Virus record (IMG/VR): IMGVR_UViG_3300011443_000004 | Coordinates: 1 to 51,364 of that record | DNA from: a virus | Lineage: Duplodnaviria > Caudoviricetes | Length of the DNA: 51,364 bases | Direction: 5' to 3' (one strand) | Position numbers and translations under genes: made by a program | Notes under the pieces: model-generated | Seen by the model: only the letters and a program-made list of their open reading frames with translations | What the model was told of the DNA's origin: nothing | Databases searched by the model: none | Shown here: piece by piece, positions 1-9,353 of the stretch | Layout of the letters: each line of letters starts with the position of its first letter | Position numbering within the stretch: position 1 is the stretch's first letter

Positions 1-123
1 CAGTGTCTGGCATACCGCTATGCCGACAACACGAAGCCCTCGACTGGCGAGAAGAAGGAAAAGGAAGCCGTCTTCAAGCTGAAGGACGAGCTACCTGACG
101 CGCTCCGCTACGCCCTCATGGCG
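1..123. repeat. Terminal direct repeat, left copy (circular-assembly overlap)
   Basis: 1-123 is identical to 51242-51364, and the terminase reading frame continues across the join. Confidence 0.97.
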
Positions 124-345
124 TGGCCCGAACTGCCCGACCCCGATGTCGTGACTCGCACGGACGAGGAACAGGCGCGGTGGGACGGTTACGACGACAA
201 GACGCGCTACGACATCGAGCGCATGGCGGAAATCAAGAAGAAGCGACTGGGCACCAACGTCGAGCTACAGCCGGTGGAAGAGGGATATCCGACCGGCAAT
301 ATCTTCCAGCACGAGGTCGATGACTGGGGCGGGATGAACATCTAA
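1..345 (+). CDS. terL: Terminase large subunit, C-terminal part
   Basis: Frame 1 reads QCLAYRY...KDELPDALRYALMAWPE, with the typical D-x-x-DALRY nuclease-end motif. The ORF-track 118-345 is only its tail. Confidence 0.93.
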   Translation, partial: QCLAYRYADNTKPSTGEKKEKEAVFKLKDELPDALRYALMAWPELPDPDVVTRTDEEQARWDGYDDKTRYDIERMAEIKKKRLGTNVELQPVEEGYPTGNIFQHEVDDWGGMNI

Positions 346-358
346 GGAGGATCGTCAC

Positions 359-760
359 ATGTGGGTCAGTAGACAGGCGTGGCAGAGTTTGCAAGATGCG
401 ATGCAGCGGTTGGTCACAGATGCAGCCTCGCTGCGAAGCGAAGCGTGGCATCGACGGGGTGAGGCAGAGAGACTCGCAGTGGAAAACTCTCGCCTCCGCG
501 CCGACATGGACTGGTTCAAGCTACGGCTGAACCAGGTGGAGCGCGAGCGCGGCCAGTTGATTCAGGCTGCGATTGGCGTGAAGATTGCCGTGCCGGAATT
601 TGTGCCGACCTACGAGGACCCCGGTCAGGCGCTGCAAGAGATACCGGACCTGTCCACCATCGGCGGCGATGCGAAGGACCAGGGTCTGACACAAACGGAA
701 GCGGAATTGGGCGAAGGCGTGGACTACACGCAGATGCCTGGATACAAAGGTAGATACTAA
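359..760 (+). CDS. Hypothetical coiled-coil protein between terL and portal
   Basis: AAGGAGG RBS; stop overlaps the portal start (TAATG). Confidence 0.8.
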   Translation: MWVSRQAWQSLQDAMQRLVTDAASLRSEAWHRRGEAERLAVENSRLRADMDWFKLRLNQVERERGQLIQAAIGVKIAVPEFVPTYEDPGQALQEIPDLSTIGGDAKDQGLTQTEAELGEGVDYTQMPGYKGRY

Positions 761-3162
761 TGGCTGGATTGGCTCTCGAACGCACTGATGAAGTGATTGC
801 GCCGCCCCTTGACGCACTCCCGATGGAGGCTCCTGTGGATGCACTCATCACTGACGAAGAAGCGCTGAAACTCTTCAAGCAGTGCAAGAAGGAGTCCTTC
901 GACAACCGATGGATTTGGGAGCGCGGCTGGATGCGCAACATCCACTACGTGAACAACCGCCATTGGATTGAATACATCCGCCATACGAACGAGTGGCGCG
1001 ATGTGCGGCTGGCGAAGTGGTTCCCCAAGCCGGTCACGAACAAGATGGCTGAAGGCGTGCAGGCGTTGCGCGCGATGTTTGCTGCGGTGAACATCGGCGT
1101 CAACATCCGCCCCAACGGCCGTTCGCCCGAGAACATTGCGGTGGCCGCAGTGTGTGATGACTTGACGCCCCTGCTCCACGAAGAACACGTCATGGACGAG
1201 GTTCTGAACGAAGCGGACTTCTGGTTCGTCACGACGGGCAACGTGTTCCTGCACACCTACCTCGAACGCGATGTCAAACATGGCGTGACGGTGGTGCCGT
1301 ATCAGGAGTGCCTCTCGTGCCAGGGCGTCTACAAGGACACCGACATCGAGGAAGCGGGCGGCGTGTGCCCCCAGTGTCAAGCGCCCGGGCCGTTCCAGCC
1401 GGCGATGGACGAAATGGGCCAGCCGATGGAGGAACAGATTATCAACGGCAAGGGCGTGACGACTGCGCTCTCCCCGTTCGAGCTTGCGTTCCCGATGAAT
1501 TACGCGCGCTTCTCGGACGTGCCGTATGTGATTCGTCTCCGGTGGCGCAACAAGAGCTACTACGAGTTCCACCCGACGCTGGCAGCGCAAACCGCGTCGG
1601 TCAAGTGGGCGAAGGCTCCGAGTGAGCAGGCACTGCAGTTGTTTCGCAGCTTGCCCTATCACAACGACCTCGGCGTAGCCCCTTTCCTTGGTGCGAGTGG
1701 GAGTTCGTCAAATGGTGGAGAAGAAGAAGGCGCAGCGGAATACGAACTGTGGATGCGACCATGCGACCAGTATCCGGATGGCCTTGTGCTGCGGATTCTT
1801 GGTGACACAAATCCTATTGTTCTGCACCTTGAGCAGGATGAAGCGATTCCTGGGCCGCTCCCCTACAAGGACGTAAGCGGCAAGCCGATATTCACGTTCT
1901 CCCATGCGGCCTTCGAGCAGCGTGGCGGGCGCGTCTACGGGACTTCGCCACTCGATGCGGTGATTCAGAAGCAGAACATGCTGAATCAGTTGGACTCGTT
2001 CGTGTTGATGATTGTGAACCGCATGTCGAACCCCCTCTGGCTCGTGCCGAAGGGTGCGGAGATTGAGAAGTTCACCGGAGCGCCGGGGCTCGTGGTCAAG
2101 TGGAACCCGCTCACCGTGGGCGGCAACGCGAAGCCAGAGCGAGTAGATGGGCTGGGACCGAACCAGTCGCTGTTCCAGATACGCGAGCAGCACCTGAAGG
2201 ACATCGAAGAGGGCATGGGCACCTTCGACGTGCTGAAGGGCTCGAAACCACCAGGCGTCGATAGCTTCAGCGGTATGCAGTTGATGGTCGAGCGCGGACA
2301 ATCGCGTTTCGCGTCCTCCTTCAAGGCGCGCGGCCACCTATACCGCGACTGGGTGAAGTTTGCGCTTGAGATTGAGCGCGAATTCGGACCCGAAGAACGC
2401 ACTCGGAACGTGCTGTCGCCCGCTCGCCAGTGGACGCAGCAGCAGTTCAAGAACGCGCAGCTTCAGGGCAGCTTCGACATCATCGTGGAAGATGGTTCGA
2501 CCGCTCCGAAGACGACGCTGGGCACACGGGCGGCTGTCGAGCACCTGAATTCGCTTGGATTCTTGGACCCGGCAGACCCAGACCAGCGCTACAAGGTGCT
2601 GCAGTTGTTCGGACAGGGGCAATTGGCTCCGTCGCTGGACATTCACATGCAGGCGGCACTGAGGAAGCAGCAGGCGTTCGAGGAATGGGCGCAGAACCCG
2701 GAAGCGCAGCAGATGAGCCTGCAGTTGGCGACTGCGGAGACGCAGAAGTTCGAGCAGGAGCTTGCAGCGGTGAAGCCAGAAGAGGAAGCGCCGATGACTG
2801 GGCCTGATGGAGCACCCGCGCCGCTCCCGCAGCTACCGCAGCCGCCGTCTCCGAACAAGTTCACCCCGCTTTCGTGGAAACCGTGGTATAACGCGGCGAT
2901 TCACAAGCAGGAGTTCATGAAATGGGCCAATAGTGACGTGATTATTGACCTATTGAAGCAAAAGCCGGGGCTGGAGGCCCTGTTGACCGCTCATTTGGCC
3001 GAAATGGACATGTCGCTGCAGCAGGCGCAGCTACTGGCGATGGGACCGCAGCCTCCGAAGCCCGGGGGCGGCGGTATTGGAGCCGGCCAGGCCATGAAGA
3101 ACAGCAATAGCGAGTCGGGCGGCGCGCAGAACGCAGAAAACAACCAGGCGAAGCCTCGGTAA
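760..3162 (+). CDS. Portal protein (P22/podovirus-like), with a CxxC...CxxC insertion
   Basis: 800 aa following terL; portal-like motifs (VTNKM, SPFE, YGTSPLDAVIQKQNMLN, SNPLWLVPKG) and a Q/P-rich C-terminus. Confidence 0.88.
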   Translation: MAGLALERTDEVIAPPLDALPMEAPVDALITDEEALKLFKQCKKESFDNRWIWERGWMRNIHYVNNRHWIEYIRHTNEWRDVRLAKWFPKPVTNKMAEGVQALRAMFAAVNIGVNIRPNGRSPENIAVAAVCDDLTPLLHEEHVMDEVLNEADFWFVTTGNVFLHTYLERDVKHGVTVVPYQECLSCQGVYKDTDIEEAGGVCPQCQAPGPFQPAMDEMGQPMEEQIINGKGVTTALSPFELAFPMNYARFSDVPYVIRLRWRNKSYYEFHPTLAAQTASVKWAKAPSEQALQLFRSLPYHNDLGVAPFLGASGSSSNGGEEEGAAEYELWMRPCDQYPDGLVLRILGDTNPIVLHLEQDEAIPGPLPYKDVSGKPIFTFSHAAFEQRGGRVYGTSPLDAVIQKQNMLNQLDSFVLMIVNRMSNPLWLVPKGAEIEKFTGAPGLVVKWNPLTVGGNAKPERVDGLGPNQSLFQIREQHLKDIEEGMGTFDVLKGSKPPGVDSFSGMQLMVERGQSRFASSFKARGHLYRDWVKFALEIEREFGPEERTRNVLSPARQWTQQQFKNAQLQGSFDIIVEDGSTAPKTTLGTRAAVEHLNSLGFLDPADPDQRYKVLQLFGQGQLAPSLDIHMQAALRKQQAFEEWAQNPEAQQMSLQLATAETQKFEQELAAVKPEEEAPMTGPDGAPAPLPQLPQPPSPNKFTPLSWKPWYNAAIHKQEFMKWANSDVIIDLLKQKPGLEALLTAHLAEMDMSLQQAQLLAMGPQPPKPGGGGIGAGQAMKNSNSESGGAQNAENNQAKPR

Positions 3163-3168
3163 AGGGAT

Positions 3169-3198
3169 TGTCCGGAGTTTGTCTACATTCTCCGGACA
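3169..3198 (+). terminator. Hairpin after portal (terminator or operator)
   Basis: TGTCCGGAG...CTCCGGACA inverted repeat followed by GTTCTT. Confidence 0.55.
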
Positions 3199-3202
3199 GT
3201 TC

Positions 3203-3231
3203 TTGCACAAATCGTGCCATCGCGGTATGAT
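3203..3231 (+). promoter_or_regulatory. sigma70-like promoter of the scaffold/capsid operon
   Basis: TTGCAC-N17-TATGAT. Confidence 0.6.
3204..3219 (-). promoter_or_regulatory. sigma54-type -24/-12 site, antisense
   Basis: Minus strand TGGCACGATTTGTGCA. Confidence 0.65.
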
Positions 3232-3251
3232 TATTAGGCAAGCAATTCGTA

Positions 3252-3267
3252 TGCACATTTCGTGCCA
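3252..3267 (-). promoter_or_regulatory. sigma54-type -24/-12 site, antisense
   Basis: Minus strand TGGCACGAAATGTGCA. Confidence 0.65.
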
Positions 3268-3310
3268 ATTTCCAGCGTGGAACCAGACCACGTAAAAAAG
3301 GGTTGAATCA

Positions 3311-4180
3311 ATGGCTGACCAAGACGGCGTCATAACGAGTCCAGATGCAGGGGCACCTGGCACAGGCGGAAGCAACACACCAAACACCGGCAACGCCCCT
3401 GGCGGCGCACAGCCAGTAGCCGAAAAGACGTTCTCCTTCAAGGAGGACCGAAGTGATTGGGTGCCACGCACTCGCTTGAATGAGGTAAGCGGTAAGCTCA
3501 CCACCTACGAGAAGGAAAACCTCACGCTCAAGCAGCAACTGGAGCTTGCGGAGAACCGGACTCGCGCCCTCGTTGGCGTGAACCCCGTGGACCCGAAGCA
3601 GCAGTCGCAGCAAGAGATGCGTGCGGCTATCGAGGAACTCGTTCCTGAAATCAAGGCCCTGCAGGGATTCTCTGCGGAGCAGCTACAGGAAGTGCTCGAA
3701 GCCGCGAAGCAGGCGCAAGCCGCCGCACGTCAGTCCTCCAATCGGCACGCGGAAACGATGCTGAACGAGATTGATGCGGAAGCCACGCGCTCACTGGGCG
3801 TCGAGAAGCTCACGAGCAATCAGCAGAAGCAGTTGTATCGAGCCTACCGCGAAGCAGCGATTGAAGCTGCCGGCGCTCGACCGTTCATCGAAGGCACACG
3901 GGACCGTCACGACCCCACGGGTCAGGACTTCCTCAGCCGTCATGAGCGCGGCGACAAGACACTGGTGAAGGAGTTCGTGAAGCAATACCTTGCGGAGTGG
4001 TATGAGCCCGCGCGAAGGTCAGTCACGGCATCGCAGGCGAACCGGAACCTCCGACCCGTTCCTCGTGGGGAACGCGCACGGAGTCTCCCGGCAGGCGCAG
4101 GCGGCGCTAAAGTCGATTTGAACAACAAGGAAGACTTCAAGAAAGCCATCCTCGCAGCACGCGGGGCGGGCCAAGAGTAA
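3311..4180 (+). CDS. Capsid scaffolding protein
   Basis: Lies between portal and capsid; disordered N-terminus; VPRTRLNEV motif followed by coiled coil. Confidence 0.75.
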   Translation: MADQDGVITSPDAGAPGTGGSNTPNTGNAPGGAQPVAEKTFSFKEDRSDWVPRTRLNEVSGKLTTYEKENLTLKQQLELAENRTRALVGVNPVDPKQQSQQEMRAAIEELVPEIKALQGFSAEQLQEVLEAAKQAQAAARQSSNRHAETMLNEIDAEATRSLGVEKLTSNQQKQLYRAYREAAIEAAGARPFIEGTRDRHDPTGQDFLSRHERGDKTLVKEFVKQYLAEWYEPARRSVTASQANRNLRPVPRGERARSLPAGAGGAKVDLNNKEDFKKAILAARGAGQE

Positions 4181-4198
4181 GTCAAGTAGGAGCATCAC

Positions 4199-5509
4199 AT
4201 GGCAGGCGTAGATACCACAGTTCTCTCCGGTCTGGAGAAGGACGTATTCGAGAAGGGCGTCAGCGAAGGCGTCAACAACAGCTTCCCGCTCAAGGAGTTC
4301 TTCGAGCCGGAACTGACGGACGCTGACTACGTTGGCGGCGGCGGGCACATCTGGTCGCATCACGTTGGGCGGAACACCAGCCCGATGTTCACGCGCGAGG
4401 GTGCGGCGTTCGCATCTGCTGGCGCACAGCGGCACATCAAGGGGCGCATCGACATCCGCAAGATGATGGCGCGGCTCTACATGACGGCCGAAGCGATGGA
4501 GTTCTACCAGCGGTCTGAGGCGTCGTATGCGAATGCGATGTCCGACGAGAAGACCCGCTTGGTTGACGACATTGCGTTCCGCGAAGAGTATGCCCTGTCG
4601 GCTGACGGGCGCGGCGTTCTCGCTCTCTTGAGCGACGACCCGGGCACCACGACCGACGTTGACGTGGACTCACCCGCGAACATCCCGGGCACGAGCTTCG
4701 GCAACCGCTTCATCCAGAAGGGTATGTTCGTTGGGGCTGTCAACCCGGCGACCGGCTCTCTGCGTGCGGGCATCGCCCAGGTTGCGGAAGTCAACCAGGA
4801 CGGTTCCGACTTCACGGCTGCGGGCGCGATTGACGCGGCGTGGGCGGACAACGACTACATCGTGCAGGCGGCGAATGCCTCTGTCACGAGCGTGCTCGAC
4901 ACCAGCTACGAAGCGGCCTTCTGGGGCCTCCCGGCGCTGATTGACGACGGCACGAACCGCGACAACTACTTCGGCATCACGCGCACGGACGCTCCGTCGC
5001 TGAAGTCGTATGTGGTGAGCAACGCTGGAGCCTTCTCGCTCGACCTCGCGCAGCGCACGGCTGACGTGGTCAACCAGAAGCTCGGTGGAGAGATTGATAC
5101 GCTCGTGATGCATCACTCGGTGCGCCGCGAATACATCAAGCTGCTCAACGCGGACAGACGCTACAGCGGGAACAACCTGCAGAACCCCAACGGCGGAACC
5201 GTTGCGATGAAGCAGGGCGACCTCACGCTGGGTGAATGCACCGTGAAGGCGATTCGCTCGGTCGGCCTGGCTCAGGTCTACTTCCTCGATACGAAGCGCA
5301 GCGGATTCAAGCGCTACATCGCGGAAGCGGGCAAGTTCGAGGACCGCGACGGCAGCATCTGGCAGCGCGACGGCAGCGGAACATCTGCTCGCCATGCGTT
5401 TGAAGCCTGGTGGTATTCGTGGAAGCAGAACTTCTGCACGAACCCCGGATTCAATGCCCGGTGGGACGGTGTGACCGGCCAGACGTTGGTCGTTGTTCGC
5501 GCCGAGTAA
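4199..5509 (+). CDS. Major capsid protein (HK97 fold, P22 coat-like)
   Basis: 436 aa with strong codon bias, follows the scaffold gene; capsid-like motifs (GLPALIDDGT, YFGITRT, VYFLDT); followed by a terminator. Confidence 0.85.
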   Translation: MAGVDTTVLSGLEKDVFEKGVSEGVNNSFPLKEFFEPELTDADYVGGGGHIWSHHVGRNTSPMFTREGAAFASAGAQRHIKGRIDIRKMMARLYMTAEAMEFYQRSEASYANAMSDEKTRLVDDIAFREEYALSADGRGVLALLSDDPGTTTDVDVDSPANIPGTSFGNRFIQKGMFVGAVNPATGSLRAGIAQVAEVNQDGSDFTAAGAIDAAWADNDYIVQAANASVTSVLDTSYEAAFWGLPALIDDGTNRDNYFGITRTDAPSLKSYVVSNAGAFSLDLAQRTADVVNQKLGGEIDTLVMHHSVRREYIKLLNADRRYSGNNLQNPNGGTVAMKQGDLTLGECTVKAIRSVGLAQVYFLDTKRSGFKRYIAEAGKFEDRDGSIWQRDGSGTSARHAFEAWWYSWKQNFCTNPGFNARWDGVTGQTLVVVRAE

Positions 5510-5521
5510 GTAGCAACAGGT

Positions 5522-5552
5522 GGGGAGGGGCAATGTGCCTCTCCCCCTTGTT
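5522..5552 (+). terminator. Intrinsic terminator after capsid
   Basis: GGGGAGGGGC-aatgt-GCCTCTCCCC then CTTGTT. Confidence 0.65.
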
Positions 5553-5610
5553 CAGTATCGGCGGGTGTTCATCAATGGTGAACAGCCTCGAACACTGAAC
5601 AGAGGGACCT

Positions 5611-5757
5611 ATGCCGCAAGAGAAAGCTCCGGAGAAGAAGAAGGACAATCCTACGGCATTCGACTTTGCAAAGGAGTTCGTGACCGGCGTCTACGGTGAG
5701 AAGAAAGAGAAGAAACACTTGCAGGCTCCAAATCAAGTTACCGGACCAAGAGGGTAA
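5611..5757 (+). CDS. Small Lys/Glu-rich hypothetical protein (48 aa)
   Basis: GAGGG RBS; MPQEKAPEKKKDNPTAFDFAKEF...; below the ORF-track cutoff. Confidence 0.55.
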   Translation: MPQEKAPEKKKDNPTAFDFAKEFVTGVYGEKKEKKHLQAPNQVTGPRG

Positions 5758-5783
5758 CACAAGCCTTAGGAGGGCTACGTAAC

Positions 5784-6212
5784 ATGGGTGTATTTCAACA
5801 GATGGTCGAAGTCGTCAACCGCACGAGCAAGACGCTCAACCTGCGCTTCGACGGGCAGGACATGGAGCTTGTTCCCAACTACACGCCGGAAGGTGAGCCC
5901 ATCAATCCCGGGGGCAACATGATTCCCGTGCAGACGGTGGGACACGCGAAGTCGCAGAACGTGCTGATGGGCAGCGAAGACCCCCAGAACCCCAGTGAGT
6001 ATGTGGTGCTGGTCGGGCTCAGAGCCAAGCCGGGGCAGAAGCAGCGCGACGACATCACGCACCTGGAGCAGTCGAACGAGCTTACGCGCGTCAAGCTCGA
6101 AGAGTATCTGGACGACCCGACGCAGAAAATCATCGTCGCCGGCCGGCGTATCTCCAGGGGAGAGGCCCGACCTGTGAAGGACATCGCTCCGTTTGACCCA
6201 CGGCAGAGCTAA
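5784..6212 (+). CDS. Hypothetical head-associated protein
   Basis: AGGAGG RBS; coupled to the next gene. Confidence 0.75.
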   Translation: MGVFQQMVEVVNRTSKTLNLRFDGQDMELVPNYTPEGEPINPGGNMIPVQTVGHAKSQNVLMGSEDPQNPSEYVVLVGLRAKPGQKQRDDITHLEQSNELTRVKLEEYLDDPTQKIIVAGRRISRGEARPVKDIAPFDPRQS

Positions 6213-6784
6213 TGGCTACTACCAACTGGGTTGCGGATACGAACAAGTGGAAGCTGCCGGAACCGCCCGAATGGTTCCTCAAGCGGCTGTTCGACTTCGA
6301 CCCGATGCTCGTGCTCGTGCCGAGTCGGGTCAAGGCGAAGGGGTCCACGCCAGCATACCTACTGACCCGTCGCCGGCAGCATTCGGCTGGGCTCGGTGAC
6401 GTAGCGATGCTCGACAACAAGCATCCGGACACGAACATGTGTTACGCCCTCGGCGTCGTGCCGATTGCGCCACTACGGTTCAACCGGAACGTGAACACGT
6501 TCACGGAAGCGGCGTGCCAGTCTCTGATAGCGGACCTGAAAGCTCGGGACGTGTGGGCAGTGACGGGCGGGCCAACGGGCAACGCGGACAAGCTCGTAGA
6601 CATCATCGAAGCGCAGGAAGAAGCAGTCAAGGTCGCGGAGCGCAAGTCGCTCAAGGACCGCTTCTACCACATGGGACGAGACGCCTATCGGTCGTTGAAG
6701 GCGCGCACGGGACAACGCAACAAGCGGGCGAGTGACTTTCACGGAGTCGCGCCTACACCTGGTGGGAAGATAATCCTACCGTAA
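6212..6784 (+). CDS. Hypothetical protein
   Basis: TAATG coupling; phage-like codon use. Confidence 0.75.
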   Translation: MATTNWVADTNKWKLPEPPEWFLKRLFDFDPMLVLVPSRVKAKGSTPAYLLTRRRQHSAGLGDVAMLDNKHPDTNMCYALGVVPIAPLRFNRNVNTFTEAACQSLIADLKARDVWAVTGGPTGNADKLVDIIEAQEEAVKVAERKSLKDRFYHMGRDAYRSLKARTGQRNKRASDFHGVAPTPGGKIILP

Positions 6785-6847
6785 CCTCTGGATGGTTGGA
6801 GCGGGGAGCACGGCAGTGCCGTTACCGATTCCAGCGAGGATAGTATC

Positions 6848-7351
6848 ATGGCTCTTTCTCTTGTGAATGCCAACCTTGTGTGGCAGGAAGTCAAAATCGC
6901 GTTCGGTGGTGAGTCCGGCGCTGGCACGGGAACCCCGAAGCTGCTTCAGGAACAGTTCCTGGCGTTGAAGGCGCACCTTGCGCAGGTCAAGAAGAACCCC
7001 GACCTGCAGATTGTTCGCATTCAGGGCGGGTCGATTGACGACGCCTCTGGTCAGATTCTGGCGGACACGCCTTGCAAGCTCTACGGCGTCTACCTCAAGA
7101 AGGCTGCGACGGGCACCGACGTGTTCACGCAAATCATCGACGACGCCACGGACGACTCCTTGGCGGCTGTCACGTCCATCGTCGCCGTTCTCCCGCTGAC
7201 CCAGTCGAGCGAGCAGGTTGCCCTGTTCTACCCGAATGGCCTGGCGATGAGCACGGGCGTTGTGGCGAAAGCCTACAACGAGTTCGACGGTGTCACCGAC
7301 TCTTCGGCGTCGGATACGCCTGACGGCTTCATCATCATCGGCGCTGCGTAA
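6848..7351 (+). CDS. Putative virion structural/decoration protein
   Basis: Strong codon bias, beta-rich, GAGG RBS, downstream terminator. Confidence 0.65.
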   Translation: MALSLVNANLVWQEVKIAFGGESGAGTGTPKLLQEQFLALKAHLAQVKKNPDLQIVRIQGGSIDDASGQILADTPCKLYGVYLKKAATGTDVFTQIIDDATDDSLAAVTSIVAVLPLTQSSEQVALFYPNGLAMSTGVVAKAYNEFDGVTDSSASDTPDGFIIIGAA

Positions 7352-7366
7352 GCAACGCTGTAACTG

Positions 7367-7398
7367 TGGGGAGTGGGCTGGGGCCTGCTCCCCCTTTT
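7367..7398 (+). terminator. Intrinsic terminator
   Basis: GGGGAGTGGG...CCTGCTCCCC then CTTTT. Confidence 0.65.
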
Positions 7399-7425
7399 CA
7401 TCTTTCTGGAAAGGTTTCCCCATTC

Positions 7426-7971
7426 ATGGCTACCAAGTATATCGAGAGACAGGCGACCGGCGAAGCGAACATCGGCGGGCACCTGAAGGGCGATTCGGCC
7501 GGCAACGTCGCGGCGTTCATCGTGGACGCTGATGACGAACGGGTAAAGTATTGGGACCGCACGGCGGGCCTCGTGCGAGTGCTCGAAGGCGGCGTGGCGC
7601 GCACCATCACCCCGACTGCAGCCTACGTCCTGACGGCGGACGAGTCTGGCTCGGTCGTGTTCCTCAATGCGTCGGCTGGCTTCCAGATTACGTTGCCGGC
7701 GAAGGCAGCGGGTCTGCGATTCAAGTTCGTCGTCGGTGCGGCATTCGCCACCACGGACTTCACCATCGTGGTGCCTGTGGCGAACGACAACACCATTCAG
7801 GGTTACGCGAACGTGGCGAATGTCTCCACGCCAGCGTCAGGTGAAGCGACCATCAGTTTCGTGGCGACCGCAGAGACGGTTGGCGACTGGGTCGAGGTTA
7901 TCAACGACGGCACCAACTGGATTGCCAGTGGTGAGGGTCAGGTAGCATCGTCCATTACGTTCACCACGTAA
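7426..7971 (+). CDS. Putative head fibre/decoration protein
   Basis: LTADESGSVVFLNA..ITLPA..GLRFKF and GDWVEV..DGTNW fibre-like motifs; start set at MATKY. Confidence 0.65.
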   Translation: MATKYIERQATGEANIGGHLKGDSAGNVAAFIVDADDERVKYWDRTAGLVRVLEGGVARTITPTAAYVLTADESGSVVFLNASAGFQITLPAKAAGLRFKFVVGAAFATTDFTIVVPVANDNTIQGYANVANVSTPASGEATISFVATAETVGDWVEVINDGTNWIASGEGQVASSITFTT

Positions 7972-7994
7972 TCGGCTACTTCATCGAAGCTCAC

Positions 7995-8031
7995 AAGGCG
8001 GGGCGGGCTACACGCTCGTCTCGCCTTTTTT
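7995..8031 (+). terminator. Intrinsic terminator
   Basis: AGGCGGGCGGGC...GCTCGTCTCGCCT then a T run. Confidence 0.75.
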
Positions 8032-8042
8032 CGTGTAGAGGC

Positions 8043-8645
8043 ATGATGCACACTGTGCAAGTGTTCGGGGGAGCGCCGAGTAACAACCCGGTGCCAGTGC
8101 AGGGCGATGCGGAGCGGTGGGGACTGAATAACCTTGCCTGCGATAAGCGTATCGCTGCGCGCTTCCGTGGCGCGACCCGCTGGTTCGACCTCCACTCGTC
8201 TGAGCATATACAGGCGCGGAGGCTCAACGCCTACCCGTGGCTGTGCCGGCAGACGATTCCGGTCTACCGCTGGGCCATCGACGCGCAGATGCCCATGAGC
8301 ACGGTGTATCCGCTCGGGGCTGTCGCTACGGTATTCCCCGGCTGTCGCATCTTCACGAGTACTCTCGACTGGATGCTCGCTGCAGCAATCGTGCTGGAGC
8401 CCAAGCGCATCGAACTCTTTGGGTGGCGTATGCACCACCCGCAATACCGCCATCAGGTCACGAGCGGCCAGTGGTGGGTGAACCAGGCACTCTCTCGGGG
8501 TATTGAAGTCGTCAACTACAGCCGCAGTGCGCTGGTGATGACCTACAACCCCACGCTTCCGACTCCACTGGTGCTCCCGACCCATCTGATGTATGGTCTG
8601 GAAACCACAGACCGCAGCAAGTTGTATCACGCAGTTTCACGATAG
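8043..8645 (+). CDS. Putative glycosyltransferase-like protein (sialyltransferase-like/DUF115-like fold)
   Basis: VFGGAPS..WGLN..RWFDLH..FTSTLDWMLAAAI..IELFG pattern. Confidence 0.5.
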   Translation: MMHTVQVFGGAPSNNPVPVQGDAERWGLNNLACDKRIAARFRGATRWFDLHSSEHIQARRLNAYPWLCRQTIPVYRWAIDAQMPMSTVYPLGAVATVFPGCRIFTSTLDWMLAAAIVLEPKRIELFGWRMHHPQYRHQVTSGQWWVNQALSRGIEVVNYSRSALVMTYNPTLPTPLVLPTHLMYGLETTDRSKLYHAVSR

Positions 8646-8656
8646 AGGACACAGAC

Positions 8657-9073
8657 ATGGACGGCTACACCCACTACCGCAATCACTTCACCAACAAGCA
8701 CGGGCAGCTTCAGGTGCTCGCGGCGACCGACGACACGACGCTCATCACGCCGAAGACGACGAGTCACCAGATATTCCTGCAGAAGCTCTACATCAGCATC
8801 ACCACGTATGCCGCGCAGACCTGGACGTTTCAGGACAGCACGGGCACGCCGGTTCCCAACGGCCTCATCTCGATACCTGGTGCGGCTGTGGCGCTCAACA
8901 GCGAGTCGAGCACCATCGTGATTGACTTCGGGCCAGAGGGCTACGCGATTCCTGTTGGCAAGAACCTCGTGCTGAACGTCAGTGCGGCGGGTGCGGCCGG
9001 CGTGATTGTGTGGGACGCCTACGAGAAGCTCGGGGCGGTCATCAACTACTTGTCGGGCGCAAGCAACCAGTAA
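8657..9073 (+). CDS. Putative structural protein
   Basis: Beta-rich, T/A/G-rich; GAGGA RBS. Confidence 0.6.
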   Translation: MDGYTHYRNHFTNKHGQLQVLAATDDTTLITPKTTSHQIFLQKLYISITTYAAQTWTFQDSTGTPVPNGLISIPGAAVALNSESSTIVIDFGPEGYAIPVGKNLVLNVSAAGAAGVIVWDAYEKLGAVINYLSGASNQ

Positions 9074-9082
9074 GGGGCACAC

Positions 9083-9352
9083 ATGGCGGCACCGAAGTTT
9101 ATGAACCAGCCGCTGGACAGAGACTACGACATTGGGGGCGCGAGAGCGCTCCCGATTCGTGTTATCTCGAAGAGTCGGGTGGTGATGGAGATATCGGCGG
9201 ACGCTGTGGCGAATACCCCAGACGTTGCCGAAGACCCTTCCGGAACGGCACGCGGATACTTCTTCCGTGTCTCCGGGGGCAAGGAACAGTTCTGCGTGAG
9301 ATTCAGGTCGGGCGCGATTCAGATACTCGCTACGGAACCAACGGAGCCATAA
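9083..9352 (+). CDS. Hypothetical protein
   Basis: Operon context. Confidence 0.65.
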   Translation: MAAPKFMNQPLDRDYDIGGARALPIRVISKSRVVMEISADAVANTPDVAEDPSGTARGYFFRVSGGKEQFCVRFRSGAIQILATEPTEP

Positions 9353-9353
9353 C

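Noticed and set aside
1-123. 123 bp terminal repeat as a biological DTR
   Set aside because: It falls in the middle of terL and is most simply an assembly overlap of a circular contig.
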